A DNA stretch of 45,262 nucleotides from a virus. Below, piece after piece: positions 34,414 to 44,003 of this stretch. The translations under genes were made by a program, and so were the position numbers. The stretch is from positions 1 to 45,262 of IMG/VR virus record IMGVR_UViG_3300031673_000114. One strand, written 5' to 3'. Within the stretch, counting starts at the first letter, position 1; each line of letters begins with the position of its first letter. The notes under the pieces were generated by a model that was not told the DNA's origin, searched no databases, and worked only from the letters and a program-made list of their open reading frames with translations.

Positions 34414-35286
34414 TTACCACGTCGAGACGAACGTTCTCCATCCGCCCCCGGCGTAGATTTTTACTGTGTGGTCAAATGTATTAATACAGAGCAGACCCTC
34501 GTGACCGTAAGTTGGGTCTCCCGTGGAACTCTTGATTATTGCAGATACAATCACTTGCTGATTCTCCGCGTCGGTAGCGGAGTTCGCGTCTTCGGTACGT
34601 TCAAAGAGACTCGCCGTGCCTGACACACCGTTCACATTCTGTACCCACACTTTGGTTTTACCAGCAACAGATGTTGTTGGTGCAGTACCGGCGGCGAACG
34701 TGTTGTAGCTCGTGCCATTGATGGCGAGGTTGCCCCCAAACGTATTCGTCCCCGTACCGTTTACGGAGAGGTTGCCTACCAACGATACTTGATTGGTTGC
34801 ATGGTCTATGAGCAACGATACTTGCGCGGTCTGATAGTTGTATATGCGGAAATCGTCCGCCGTACCATTGAGGACGGTTCCAAAGGCCCATCGCTCGAAA
34901 CCTGTACCACCACGTGAGAAATTAACGGTAATGTTGTACAAGCCTGTCGGGTCGTCAATGAATAGTCCGGCTCCTGCGTCGGCACGAAAGGTGCTGCCGC
35001 TTGAATTGACAATTAGCTTTCCACCTATTGTCGCCGTCCCCGTGAAATTCGCGGTTGCATCTATTTCTTGACCGTTGATGAGACCGGAGGTAATTGAGTA
35101 GGAGCCAATATTTATCGGGCCATTTCCGAATAAGGGCCCGAGCACATTAACCGTGTCAAAATACGATGTCGCCCACGGTTTGGCAAATGTTCCGATGCCA
35201 CCCTGCCCAGCAGCACGTGGAACTATGTTTCGCGTCTGCGCGAAGAGCAACATAGGAAAAAGAAGTAAAAATAGAAGTCGTTTCAT
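34414..35286 (-). CDS. Fibre-like protein with signal-peptide-like N-terminus
   Basis: MKRLLFLLLFPMLLFAQ, then G/T/N-rich beta repeats, and the C-terminal motif HTVKIYAGGGWRTF. Confidence 0.55.
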   Translation of the reverse strand: MKRLLFLLLFPMLLFAQTRNIVPRAAGQGGIGTFAKPWATSYFDTVNVLGPLFGNGPINIGSYSITSGLINGQEIDATANFTGTATIGGKLIVNSSGSTFRADAGAGLFIDDPTGLYNITVNFSRGGTGFERWAFGTVLNGTADDFRIYNYQTAQVSLLIDHATNQVSLVGNLSVNGTGTNTFGGNLAINGTSYNTFAAGTAPTTSVAGKTKVWVQNVNGVSGTASLFERTEDANSATDAENQQVIVSAIIKSSTGDPTYGHEGLLCINTFDHTVKIYAGGGWRTFVSTW

Positions 35287-35295
35287 GTTGTCGCC

Positions 35296-36348
35296 TTATG
35301 GTTTCGGCTCGATGTCGCCGTTAATATCTGTCGTGAAAAAGGCATCATAGACCGTCGCGGTTGCTGGTTCCAAATCTCCGTTCGCGTCATATTCAAACAG
35401 TCCCGCCGCAAGATTTTGGACATAGCTATGTGTCGCAAGAACCGTTGTATCGGCTGATACCGTAACACCAGTACCAATTACGGCACCAGTACCCCCCGTC
35501 TGCGAGAGCGGGGGACTTGCGGATAGATTCCCAATAGTCAGGGTTGGCTGATAGAGTACATTCGAGCGGTTTCGGATCGAGACGGAATCCGATGGCACCA
35601 AGTATGTCCCCAGTGGCTGGTATAAGATATTAGATCGGTTTCGAATTGATACAGAATCCGATGGAATTAGGTATGTCCCCGCTGGTTGATAAAGTAAGTT
35701 CGAGTAATTCCTAATTTTCGTTGAATCCGAAGCGTTCAGTTTTGTCCCCAAACTTGAATCCGCATGAAATCTCGTTGAATATATTGCTGAGTCAGACCTG
35801 TTGAGCTTCGAGAGTGCCTGAGTAGGGGTAAAGAAAACCACCGTTGAATCACTCTTAAAAACTCCAGTACTGAGTGTTGTATCCGCGAGAAACAGTGAAT
35901 CCAGGTGGTAACGTGTTGCGTATATTAAAGAGTCAGACCTGCTCAGCTTTGTCGCAAGCGAACTGTCTGTATGAAACCTCGTTGAATAAATTGTCGAATC
36001 TGACTTATTTAGTTTTCCGAGCGCCTGCGTAGGAGTAAAGAAAACGATAGTTGAATCCGAGTATTTCACTTTCGTTGCGAGCGAACTATCGGCATGCCAG
36101 CGGGTTGTGTAGAGGGAGGAATCGGCAATAGGTAGTTTAAGACTTAATTCATTATGAATTGCATTGGTATCAAGCCCATTTAATAGATTATGCCAGCTAC
36201 TTCCATTATATCCCTGAAAGGCCCCACTACTGTAACGTAAGGCCCCAGGTAGAGTTGGCCCATAGCCAGATAGGATAATCCATTGATTTTGGATTTGTCC
36301 AAACGCAAGTCCACTTAAACAGAAAAAGAGAAAGAGGACTTTACGCAT
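35296..36348 (-). CDS. Tail-fibre-like protein with internal repeats and signal-peptide-like N-terminus
   Basis: MRKVLFLFFCLSGLAFGQ, then GALRYSSGAFQGYNGSSWHNL (a fibre N-terminal motif). Duplicated SDSTIVFFTPTQALGKLNKSDSTIYSTRFHTDSSLATKL and tripled SDSVSIRNRSNILYQP units. Confidence 0.6.
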   Translation of the reverse strand: MRKVLFLFFCLSGLAFGQIQNQWIILSGYGPTLPGALRYSSGAFQGYNGSSWHNLLNGLDTNAIHNELSLKLPIADSSLYTTRWHADSSLATKVKYSDSTIVFFTPTQALGKLNKSDSTIYSTRFHTDSSLATKLSRSDSLIYATRYHLDSLFLADTTLSTGVFKSDSTVVFFTPTQALSKLNRSDSAIYSTRFHADSSLGTKLNASDSTKIRNYSNLLYQPAGTYLIPSDSVSIRNRSNILYQPLGTYLVPSDSVSIRNRSNVLYQPTLTIGNLSASPPLSQTGGTGAVIGTGVTVSADTTVLATHSYVQNLAAGLFEYDANGDLEPATATVYDAFFTTDINGDIEPKP

Positions 36349-36663
36349 TTAAAAACCCTCCAGTATTACAAATCCCGTCGTGTTAGAACCTGTGATGGTA
36401 ACAGTAGTTGTATTATTCGTGGTCACTACCGCCGCCGCTGGCCCATTCGTGGCAATAATAGCAGGCACATTAGTAAAGGCAACCGGATAGGTATAACTTG
36501 CGGTTCCCGTTAAGGCCGCACAATAGATAACCACGCGCTTTTCCCATACCCGTTGGGCAACCTGACAAAAGACCGCTGTCCCCGACGTAGAGCCACTAAC
36601 CATAGTTTGAGTAAAGGTTTCCGAAGGATGGTAAGCATCAAAAGCGGTTTGAATTTCAGGCAT
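36349..36663 (-). CDS. Hypothetical structural protein (104 aa from ATG 36663; TTG 36678 alternative)
   Basis: ORF track. The first ATG overlaps the upstream stop by 8 nt. Confidence 0.5.
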   Translation of the reverse strand: MPEIQTAFDAYHPSETFTQTMVSGSTSGTAVFCQVAQRVWEKRVVIYCAALTGTASYTYPVAFTNVPAIIATNGPAAAVVTTNNTTTVTITGSNTTGFVILEGF

Positions 36664-36904
36664 CTGGTTTGTTCCCAAGGATTTTGGTTCCCGCTTCCAC
36701 GAGTGCTCCGGCTATTTTACCGGTAATTAGAACAGTAAGAAACACCATAACACTATTTGGTATTTCCTGAAGCGCTCCTTTGCTTAACGAAAGCCATGTC
36801 CAACTCGCAACAAAGCAGGGAATAAACAGTATAATAGAGCCGATAGTACCGAGCCTCGTAGAACTCAGAGGGCTATCGGCCCTAAAGAAATCACTAAATT
36901 TCAT
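36656..36904 (-). CDS. Two-TM small membrane protein (class-II holin-like) inside the structural block
   Basis: 82 aa with TM1 LGTIGSIILFIPCFVASWTWL, TM2 VMVFLTVLITGKIAGALV and a charged C-terminus. Confidence 0.4.
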   Translation of the reverse strand: MKFSDFFRADSPLSSTRLGTIGSIILFIPCFVASWTWLSLSKGALQEIPNSVMVFLTVLITGKIAGALVEAGTKILGNKPDA

Positions 36905-37281
36905 TGGTACACCTTTACTTCAAAGTCAACCGAGGCAACAAGATCAGCCGCTGTTGCATGGGCACTTAATGTACTTAGGGTAAGAACATCTGCACTCGTC
37001 CTCGCCCACGAACCATAGACAAGCGCGGTGGCGTTATCTATTACAAATGGGGAGGGTAAAAGCACCTTGCCAGAAGCAAACTGCCCCGCAATTGTAAGCG
37101 TGTAGACGCCGGTTGCACTACGAGCAAGAGTAGGTATTACACCAATGGAGTTCTCCTGTACCGCCATAGTAGGAGCCGCTGTTCCCGCCTGTGTAAGCGT
37201 CCCAGATAGAGAGAGATAGGGCCTGTCGTTGACAAAGACGTACTTGGAAATCTTTTTCATTAGATTCTGAATTAGAAACAT
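36901..37281 (-). CDS. Hypothetical head-associated protein (126 aa)
   Basis: ATG 37281 follows GGAGG-N7. The longer track start at 37326 would lie inside the terminator hairpin. Confidence 0.55.
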   Translation of the reverse strand: MFLIQNLMKKISKYVFVNDRPYLSLSGTLTQAGTAAPTMAVQENSIGVIPTLARSATGVYTLTIAGQFASGKVLLPSPFVIDNATALVYGSWARTSADVLTLSTLSAHATAADLVASVDFEVKVYQ

Positions 37282-37292
37282 TTTAATCCTCC

Positions 37293-37324
37293 AAATTAAA
37301 GAAAGGGGGCCGGTTGCCCGGCCC
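37293..37324 (-). terminator. Rho-independent terminator immediately after the major capsid gene
   Basis: Minus strand reads gggccgg-GCAA-ccggccc followed by cctttctttaattt. Confidence 0.7.
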
Positions 37325-37335
37325 ACCTTTCAAGA

Positions 37336-38913
37336 TTAGGCGTTATCAGCACTCGAAGAGATTGCCGTTGTGGTGACACTCAGATCATTAGGCAGATTGA
37401 AGTCAACACCCGAAATCGCCTTCACGAAGATTCCAATACCAGTGAATACCATCAGTGAGGACTGATTAAATATCTGGTCATTGGTAAAGGTCGAATCCGG
37501 GTACTTCCAATCGATACGCCGCGCACCGTTGACTCCAGAAATTCCAAAGCCAGCGAATTTGCGGTAATCCGAAGTCTCCCTCGGTACAAAATCCCAATAC
37601 GAGGACAGCCGACCCATTCCACTCTTCGCAAACGCGGTGGCAATGGCATTAGCACCCAGAATATACATGGGAGCAACACCCCACACACGCGAGGAGGCGG
37701 TTGTGTTATCGACATATCCGACATAACCAGTCGTGGTATTCTTATAGGGGTCGAAGAACGCCAGATTGGAATGCGCCGTATCAGCATTATTGTAATAGGT
37801 AAGTGCCGTGGGGGTTCCCGCGCTATTCCATTTCTTACTTTCTGTAAGAGTGAGGTAGTTATTGGTATTCGCAAACACCGGGAATTCCGTAGCTACGCTC
37901 GAAGAAGCGGTGGCTGTCTGCGCCAACGAGTTCGGGGGATCAAAAATACCCTTCGGAGTCTCGTGGAAGACGATGTTTGCCCACATTCCAAACGCCCCGG
38001 TAAAGATGGGGTTATCAGAACCTCTGGGAAGTGCATTCGCCATTGCCGCGAAGAATTCCGAATTCAGTCTCATGTGCGCCACTTGATAGGGGTGGCAAAC
38101 CGCTACATAGACATCCATACCCTCTTTTTCAGCCCTATAAGCCGGAATACCAGCCGCATTCAAATAAGCCGCAAGCGACTCTATCAAATAGCGGTCGGGT
38201 GTATTATAGGTGTTGTTCTGGAGGGTATATCCATCCATTGTGTAGGTTCCCGTCGCGGCTATCTGCGTAACCGTCTGTGCTCCAGCCACCAGTGTGGGAG
38301 CCGTTCCACCAACATAGTGAAGAACGTTTGGATGCACCGTTGGAGCAACTGGCGAAGTGTAAAGCGACCCACCAGTAATATCTGCCGAACGCATTACGTT
38401 AGGTGACCAGCCATAGTACAGGGAATACAGAATCGAATTATCCATGTACTGAAAACCCCAATCGGCCAGTTCGTTCTGTGCATCCCGAACAAGGTCAAGA
38501 GCGGTTCTTTGCTGTTGCATTTTGACGTTTTCTACGATAGTAGCATTACGCGCCTCTTCAATAAAGAGTCTCGTATACCCGTATCGCAATTTCTTTTCTG
38601 TTCCAGTCAGAATTTCGGCTCCGACCACGCCGGTATTGAGGGGATTGTAGCTTATAGGCCCCTTGATGGGGATAAGCATCTGATCGCCTCTGTTTGCTCC
38701 AAATTCGCCGTATTCGACAATTGGAGCGCCTGTGACTACTCGCTCAAGGTTATCCTCGCCAGTTATCGGACGACCCGTAAAGCGCGAAAACACCATCTTG
38801 CGTCTGATGAGGCTGTGTACCTGCCGAGACCAGACAAGTTGCGATAGTATTTTTCGCGGGTCATTCGACGCTACCGGGAATAGTTGCGCTAAGTCGCTTG
38901 TGAAGTTAGCCAT
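37336..38913 (-). CDS. Major capsid protein (HK97-fold, N4 gp56-like by recollection)
   Basis: 525 aa, positioned after the scaffold, with a strong RBS and a terminator downstream. The N-terminal LVWSRQVHSLIRRKMVFSRFTG pattern resembles N4-type capsid proteins. Confidence 0.7.
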   Translation of the reverse strand: MANFTSDLAQLFPVASNDPRKILSQLVWSRQVHSLIRRKMVFSRFTGRPITGEDNLERVVTGAPIVEYGEFGANRGDQMLIPIKGPISYNPLNTGVVGAEILTGTEKKLRYGYTRLFIEEARNATIVENVKMQQQRTALDLVRDAQNELADWGFQYMDNSILYSLYYGWSPNVMRSADITGGSLYTSPVAPTVHPNVLHYVGGTAPTLVAGAQTVTQIAATGTYTMDGYTLQNNTYNTPDRYLIESLAAYLNAAGIPAYRAEKEGMDVYVAVCHPYQVAHMRLNSEFFAAMANALPRGSDNPIFTGAFGMWANIVFHETPKGIFDPPNSLAQTATASSSVATEFPVFANTNNYLTLTESKKWNSAGTPTALTYYNNADTAHSNLAFFDPYKNTTTGYVGYVDNTTASSRVWGVAPMYILGANAIATAFAKSGMGRLSSYWDFVPRETSDYRKFAGFGISGVNGARRIDWKYPDSTFTNDQIFNQSSLMVFTGIGIFVKAISGVDFNLPNDLSVTTTAISSSADNA

Positions 38914-38926
38914 TGTTTATTCCTCT

Positions 38927-39841
38927 TTAACGTCTAAGAAAATCATTTGCCAGACCTTCCATGAATACCCTGTTTTCAGGAGCATCTGGATTGCCTAACA
39001 TCTGAGTGAGTTTTTCCCAAGAACCTTCGCTTGGGCTGTTACCTGTCATGTCTCGTGGTATGGATACGCTTTCTCCTCCAGAACCTGTAGGAGTTCGTCC
39101 ATCTGTGAGTTTTAATCCCTTAGCCTTAATGTACTCTTGAACGTACTGTTCGACCGTTGAGTTAAACTTTGTATAAGCATCTTCCAGGGGAATCTTCTGT
39201 TCCTGTGAAAGTCGCTGCACATCTTTGAACTTATCCATCGTTAAGTCGGGATGCTTGGTCATAAAATCACCAATTGTCATCTGTGCATCTACCAACTGTT
39301 TCAAGCGATTCTGAACAAGTTTATCGGCTTCTTGCAGCATTGCCTGTCTTTCGGACTTTATCTGTGTCTGAAACTTGGCATCAAAAGCCTTCTGCAGTTG
39401 CATCATTGCTTCCCGTGGATTACTCTCAAAGTCAATCGCGTCAAGATTAACATCAGGAACAGAAGTGGGCTGACCAGCCAAACGCTTGGCGGCTCTTTCC
39501 ATGAGAGTCTGCATCAAGTCGTCGTTAGACTGCAGTTCCTGTATTACAGGCTTAATTTTGGAGTATTCCTGAATTTCGGGTTCGTACTGTTTAATTCGTC
39601 CCTCAAGCTCTTTGGCATGAGAAACAGCTTCATTATAACCTTTTTGTGCGGCTTCGTAACTCTCAAAACTTCCAAGCCACTTATCTTGTCCAGCGGGAAG
39701 CTTTGGAGTACTCTTGTCTATACCGGGCGTACCCGCCAAGAGTTCGTCGAGATTTAGTTCGATATTGGCATTGCCACTATCCCCAAGCTCTGCTAAAAGC
39801 TGTTCGGCAGTGGGTTCCTGTCCATTTGTCTCTTTCGCCAT
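38927..39841 (-). CDS. Scaffolding protein
   Basis: 304-aa acidic, E/K/Q-rich helical protein located between portal and capsid. Confidence 0.6.
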   Translation of the reverse strand: MAKETNGQEPTAEQLLAELGDSGNANIELNLDELLAGTPGIDKSTPKLPAGQDKWLGSFESYEAAQKGYNEAVSHAKELEGRIKQYEPEIQEYSKIKPVIQELQSNDDLMQTLMERAAKRLAGQPTSVPDVNLDAIDFESNPREAMMQLQKAFDAKFQTQIKSERQAMLQEADKLVQNRLKQLVDAQMTIGDFMTKHPDLTMDKFKDVQRLSQEQKIPLEDAYTKFNSTVEQYVQEYIKAKGLKLTDGRTPTGSGGESVSIPRDMTGNSPSEGSWEKLTQMLGNPDAPENRVFMEGLANDFLRR

Positions 39842-39873
39842 ATTCTTTTCCTCGTTTAGAAGTTAAACATAAG

Positions 39874-41742
39874 TTATTGTGAAATCAAGGGGTTGCGGGC
39901 TGTGTAAGGAGATTGCTGCGCCGCAGCCTGTTGCGCTTTAGCAGAAGGCGGTTTTTGTGGAGCCTGTTGTGGAACTTGCGCCTGTTGCTGTTGCATTTGC
40001 TTCATTTCTTGCGTGATTTGCTGTTTATATTTATAGGGTATATCAAGCAAATCCAAAATCAGTTCGGGGGGAATCGGGAAGCCCATCTGTCGTGCTTTCA
40101 TTAGGCTTTCAAGTTTCGCTACCCGCATTGTGGGAGTATTATCTTGCATATCTACTGCCACATCCAATTTTGCCTGTACCATATTTAGGAAGTTGATTTT
40201 TTCCTTCCCGCCCAATTGGGTGTTAATCCGGGCAAATTCACTGGAATCGTCGGTATCAATACGGAAAATAAAGTCCTGTGGCAAGGAGCGTTTGGCTATC
40301 TCGAAGGTCAGATAGGCCATATTCTTGCGGAAATCCATGAAATTATCGAGGAGGGGCGTCATTGGAACCATCGAAGCCGCCTGTAGGTTAGCAATGGCTG
40401 CCCCAGATTGAATTTTCCTCGGAATCTGTCCCATAATGGCATCGGTAAAGCCCGCAAGGTCTTTAAGCTGCATTTCACTGCGCTGTTCAAGAGATACCAA
40501 CGCATTTAACACTTGTGTCAAATCCGATTGCATTGGTGTTGGCTTCTCGGCTCCATGATTAATGGCTATAAAATGGGTATCGTCATCATTCACCGAATTT
40601 TCGGCCTCATCTCTTTCGGAGTTGGAAGTGAACGCCATCTTATCCACAAACCATTTCAACTTGGGTGCATTTCTTAGTATCTCCAACCCAAGCGATTTCC
40701 GCTTATTGATTTCATCCTGTGGGTCTTGTGCGTCATGGAATAAACCCTTTGTACCCTGCTCTAATTTGTAACCCCAACAAGGAACAATATCAAACTCGTT
40801 GACACCATACGGGTCTTTCAAATCCTCAAAAATTAAGTCACCACAATAGGTGGTTAGTTTGATTTGTTGGACTTTCTTGTGGCGCATTTCCAACTTAATC
40901 TTCTGCTTGGAAGCCTGTTGGACGTAATGACTAATATCGTCCTTCGTAAGTCCTTGTGGAATGGGGTAATACATCTCTTGGGCAACATCGTACAAGAATA
41001 GTTTTGTCTCCTGCACCTTTTCCTGAAACCGTATAACCTCAAGCTTCTTCATTTTGGTGGTTAGGCCAAAGCTTCCAATGCTACTACCCCACAACTCGCC
41101 ATAATCGCCTATTGCACCGACATAAGTGGGTACGGGCACATCCATAAAGAATGAAGGAGAGAGTAGTTCGATATCCTTGGCGTATTCGGGAAATATAGCA
41201 GTTAATTCCGATTTGGAAAGATATAAAGCCTCCCATACACGAGAATTGTCCGACCAATCGGGCTCAATTGAACTTCTATCCCAAAAAACCCTTGTGGGAT
41301 CGATGGTTGCCAGTGCTATTTCGCCATTAGGATTGCGTAAATGGTTCAAATAAGGACGCATAAACGCCTGTCCGGTTAGTGCGGCAAGCTTGAAAACCTG
41401 TTTAAATTTGGCATCTGCATGGGAGGTCAGATAAATATATTTGAGAAGTCCAGTAGCTATATCTACAAAGGGTTCGGATTCTTTATTCTGGGGCAGAAAC
41501 TTTTCTTGAATCTGCATCTTGGAAACAAGTCCGGCTGTAAAATTCAGTGTTTTGGCAATGTAGTTATAAGTAAGAGCGGGTTTCTGCATGAGGGCTAAGT
41601 AGGCCATGAGATCGGCGTCCCATTGCTGACCGAAGTAATATCTTATTGCCTGTTGTACTTTGAATTTCTCAATAGAGTGATCTTGAACATCGTCCCGCTG
41701 TTTCTCGCGGATTTCCTTCAAAAGATTTAAGTCGTTACTCAT
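39874..41742 (-). CDS. Portal protein
   Basis: About 620 aa, directly after terL, with an ATGA stop/start overlap (ATG 41742; track start 41751 is TTG). Q-rich C-terminal tail. Confidence 0.7.
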   Translation of the reverse strand: MSNDLNLLKEIREKQRDDVQDHSIEKFKVQQAIRYYFGQQWDADLMAYLALMQKPALTYNYIAKTLNFTAGLVSKMQIQEKFLPQNKESEPFVDIATGLLKYIYLTSHADAKFKQVFKLAALTGQAFMRPYLNHLRNPNGEIALATIDPTRVFWDRSSIEPDWSDNSRVWEALYLSKSELTAIFPEYAKDIELLSPSFFMDVPVPTYVGAIGDYGELWGSSIGSFGLTTKMKKLEVIRFQEKVQETKLFLYDVAQEMYYPIPQGLTKDDISHYVQQASKQKIKLEMRHKKVQQIKLTTYCGDLIFEDLKDPYGVNEFDIVPCWGYKLEQGTKGLFHDAQDPQDEINKRKSLGLEILRNAPKLKWFVDKMAFTSNSERDEAENSVNDDDTHFIAINHGAEKPTPMQSDLTQVLNALVSLEQRSEMQLKDLAGFTDAIMGQIPRKIQSGAAIANLQAASMVPMTPLLDNFMDFRKNMAYLTFEIAKRSLPQDFIFRIDTDDSSEFARINTQLGGKEKINFLNMVQAKLDVAVDMQDNTPTMRVAKLESLMKARQMGFPIPPELILDLLDIPYKYKQQITQEMKQMQQQQAQVPQQAPQKPPSAKAQQAAAQQSPYTARNPLISQ

Positions 41743-43184
41743 GCCATCCAACCCTTAGTGGAAAGTGTATGTCGATGTTTAATTGCTTTTCTGTATTTGT
41801 CCATATCATCAAAAATCTCCGATAGAGGATTATAATCCTTCATAACTTCAGATGCAACCTTCTTGGCTTCGTCTTGTGGAATTACACCCCCGAAGAGTTG
41901 AAAGATGTACTTAACGACATATCTGAGGGCATCGCAGGTATGGTCGTTATTGTCCTCTGGTTCCTCTGATGCATTATGTGTCTCTCTGCGAGATGGGGCT
42001 AATTGCTTGAATTTGTAGTTTTCATGTTCCCAGATGGTGTTCTCTGCATTTAAGCAGTATAAGAGTTGGTCGCGTTGTAGAAGTTCGTTGACCTTGAGAA
42101 TACCACTAAGCTTATCATTATCGCCCGGAATGGCGTTGATGCCATTATTTAGGAAGTCCACATATACAGTTGTGCCATCTCCAATGCCAGTGGATTGGTC
42201 GGTGCGGGGATCAATAACGAAGATGGGAATTTTGCCCCAATAGGAAACCTTAGACTTAATAAGAGTTGCAAATTGCGAAATGAGGAGGTTGCGTCTATAA
42301 ATCTCGTCATAAACAACAATTTTGAAGGGGTTTCTCTTAATCGCCATAAAAACAGCCGCCGAGGGATTGGTCTTTCCGTAGTCTATACCCGTAATGAAAA
42401 GGTCGAAGTCTTTTAGTCCTTCGGGAGTAATGGGAATAATCTTATGGTTGGCTCGGATGTTATAGACGGCACTTGACCAATCTTCCATTGTGGAATAGAT
42501 ATACCGATTTTTCCACCAATCGGGCATATCTTCTAAACCCTTCAGATAGTCGGCGGGTAGGTTCTCTTTATTATCGTAGGTATTCACCACCCATATTTCA
42601 TAATCCTCACCTATGATGTGCTTATCTACTACCTCTTTTGTACCCTCGATGTGGGTATGTTGCTTCATATACTTATTGTAAATCCAGTTTCTACCGTCGT
42701 CGTTTGCTACGAAAATAAGATATCCCCCTATTTGTGGTATTCGGCGAAGCCTTGTTTTCATGACAAACTCAACAGTAGTACCAGAAACCTCTTCGGCCTG
42801 GTCGATGACTATTGCACCCAAATTCATGGATTGTATCTTCTGGGCCGCATCCTTTACATCATCAAGACCCATATAGGCAAGTTGGGACTTATTAACAAAC
42901 GTAATTAGTCCCGCATGGGAATCGTTCTTTTCAATTAGTGATTGAGGGATATAGTTAAGCAACTCCGCCAAGGTGGTAAGTTTAAGGCGCTTCGCGTCTT
43001 GTCTAAGGAGTAGAACGAAGTTGTTGGGGTATTCAAAGAGGAGCCGGATGATTTCGATGCAAAGGGCGGTGGTCTTACCCGCTCCTACACCACCGACAAT
43101 ACCCTTAATTTTCTTGCGGCTCTTGTGGAATTCCCTCTGGTATGGCCTCGGTGCTTTCGGGTAGTCTATCCGAACTTCCGCCAA
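41739..43184 (-). CDS. terL: Terminase large subunit
   Basis: Walker A GGVGAGKT, Walker B-like AIVIDQAEE, and a C-terminal nuclease region (FVIDPRTD, DHTCDALRY). TTG start preceded by AAGGAAG. Confidence 0.9.
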   Translation of the reverse strand: MAEVRIDYPKAPRPYQREFHKSRKKIKGIVGGVGAGKTTALCIEIIRLLFEYPNNFVLLLRQDAKRLKLTTLAELLNYIPQSLIEKNDSHAGLITFVNKSQLAYMGLDDVKDAAQKIQSMNLGAIVIDQAEEVSGTTVEFVMKTRLRRIPQIGGYLIFVANDDGRNWIYNKYMKQHTHIEGTKEVVDKHIIGEDYEIWVVNTYDNKENLPADYLKGLEDMPDWWKNRYIYSTMEDWSSAVYNIRANHKIIPITPEGLKDFDLFITGIDYGKTNPSAAVFMAIKRNPFKIVVYDEIYRRNLLISQFATLIKSKVSYWGKIPIFVIDPRTDQSTGIGDGTTVYVDFLNNGINAIPGDNDKLSGILKVNELLQRDQLLYCLNAENTIWEHENYKFKQLAPSRRETHNASEEPEDNNDHTCDALRYVVKYIFQLFGGVIPQDEAKKVASEVMKDYNPLSEIFDDMDKYRKAIKHRHTLSTKGWMA

Positions 43185-43881
43185 TGTTAACTTCCTTTCC
43201 CATAATTATGACACGAACTTCTTTGTCCGTGTTCTTGCCTTTTGGATTGTATTCGCCGCTTAATTCCAGTGCAAATTTGCGTTCGTCAAATGAGGCTTTA
43301 TTGGATAGTGCCTCCGCAATAACGGAACCCTTCAGAAGAGTAAGGGCCATCCCGAACTTCTTCATCATCTCGTTGTTTACCCATCCAACAAAGCGGGGCT
43401 CGTTATACCAGCGCCTTAGCGTGCTGTCCGGCACTCCACACATTACGGAAACGGTTTTAAAGGAGAAGGAACTCATCTCTGCCCGAATAGTTGCCGAGTG
43501 TTCAATTACCCAAGTAAGGAAATCTCGCTGTTTACGCGAGGGCCGCCATTGGTCATATACAGATACACCGTTTTCTACTCGTTCCAATTCTTCCATTACA
43601 AACGCAACCTTGTCTTTGTCAACGGTAATTTTTTCTCTAATGTACAACGATAGGACTTTGATGGCAAGATAAGACTTGGAGGAGTCTTCAAGATACCATG
43701 CAAGTAATCTCTGTTTTCCACCATCCATTTCAATGAGAGTTTGGACAATGGGTACTCCAATGCTCTGGTAAAACCATACGCACCAATAGGCATAAGCAAG
43801 ACGTTCAGTTGGAACTCTTACCCGGCTGAGTACCGAGCCTTCGGATGTAAATTTCGATACCGCTGTCGAACGCAAGCTCAT
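43105..43881 (-). CDS. terS: Terminase small subunit candidate
   Basis: 258 aa, immediately upstream of terL and overlapping it by 80 nt. HTH-like segment CGVPDSTLRRWYNEP. The start is uncertain. Confidence 0.5.
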   Translation of the reverse strand: MSLRSTAVSKFTSEGSVLSRVRVPTERLAYAYWCVWFYQSIGVPIVQTLIEMDGGKQRLLAWYLEDSSKSYLAIKVLSLYIREKITVDKDKVAFVMEELERVENGVSVYDQWRPSRKQRDFLTWVIEHSATIRAEMSSFSFKTVSVMCGVPDSTLRRWYNEPRFVGWVNNEMMKKFGMALTLLKGSVIAEALSNKASFDERKFALELSGEYNPKGKNTDKEVRVIIMGKEVNIGGSSDRLPESTEAIPEGIPQEPQEN

Positions 43882-43999
43882 ATCCCTGTGCCTTTGCTAT
43901 TGCTACCATCTCATTGGTAAACTTCTCGAACTCCTTTCCAACAAATTCAACTATTGGACGATTCTCGGAATCAACCTCCGGTACGGTGGTTTCATTCAT
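43805..43999 (-). CDS. Hypothetical protein (64 aa)
   Basis: ATG 43999 lies after AAGGAAAG and 5 nt downstream of the previous stop. MNETTVPEVDSENRP.... Confidence 0.5.
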   Translation of the reverse strand: MNETTVPEVDSENRPIVEFVGKEFEKFTNEMVAIAKAQGYELAFDSGIEIYIRRLGTQPGKSSN

Positions 44000-44003
44000 A
44001 AAG

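Noticed and set aside
32759-35071. Numerous 60-120-aa ORFs on both strands (for example 32786..33079, 32994..33188, 34264..34623, 34838..35071)
   Set aside because: They are by-products of the high GC content of this module. They are nested inside or antisense to long, tightly packed structural genes and lack an RBS.
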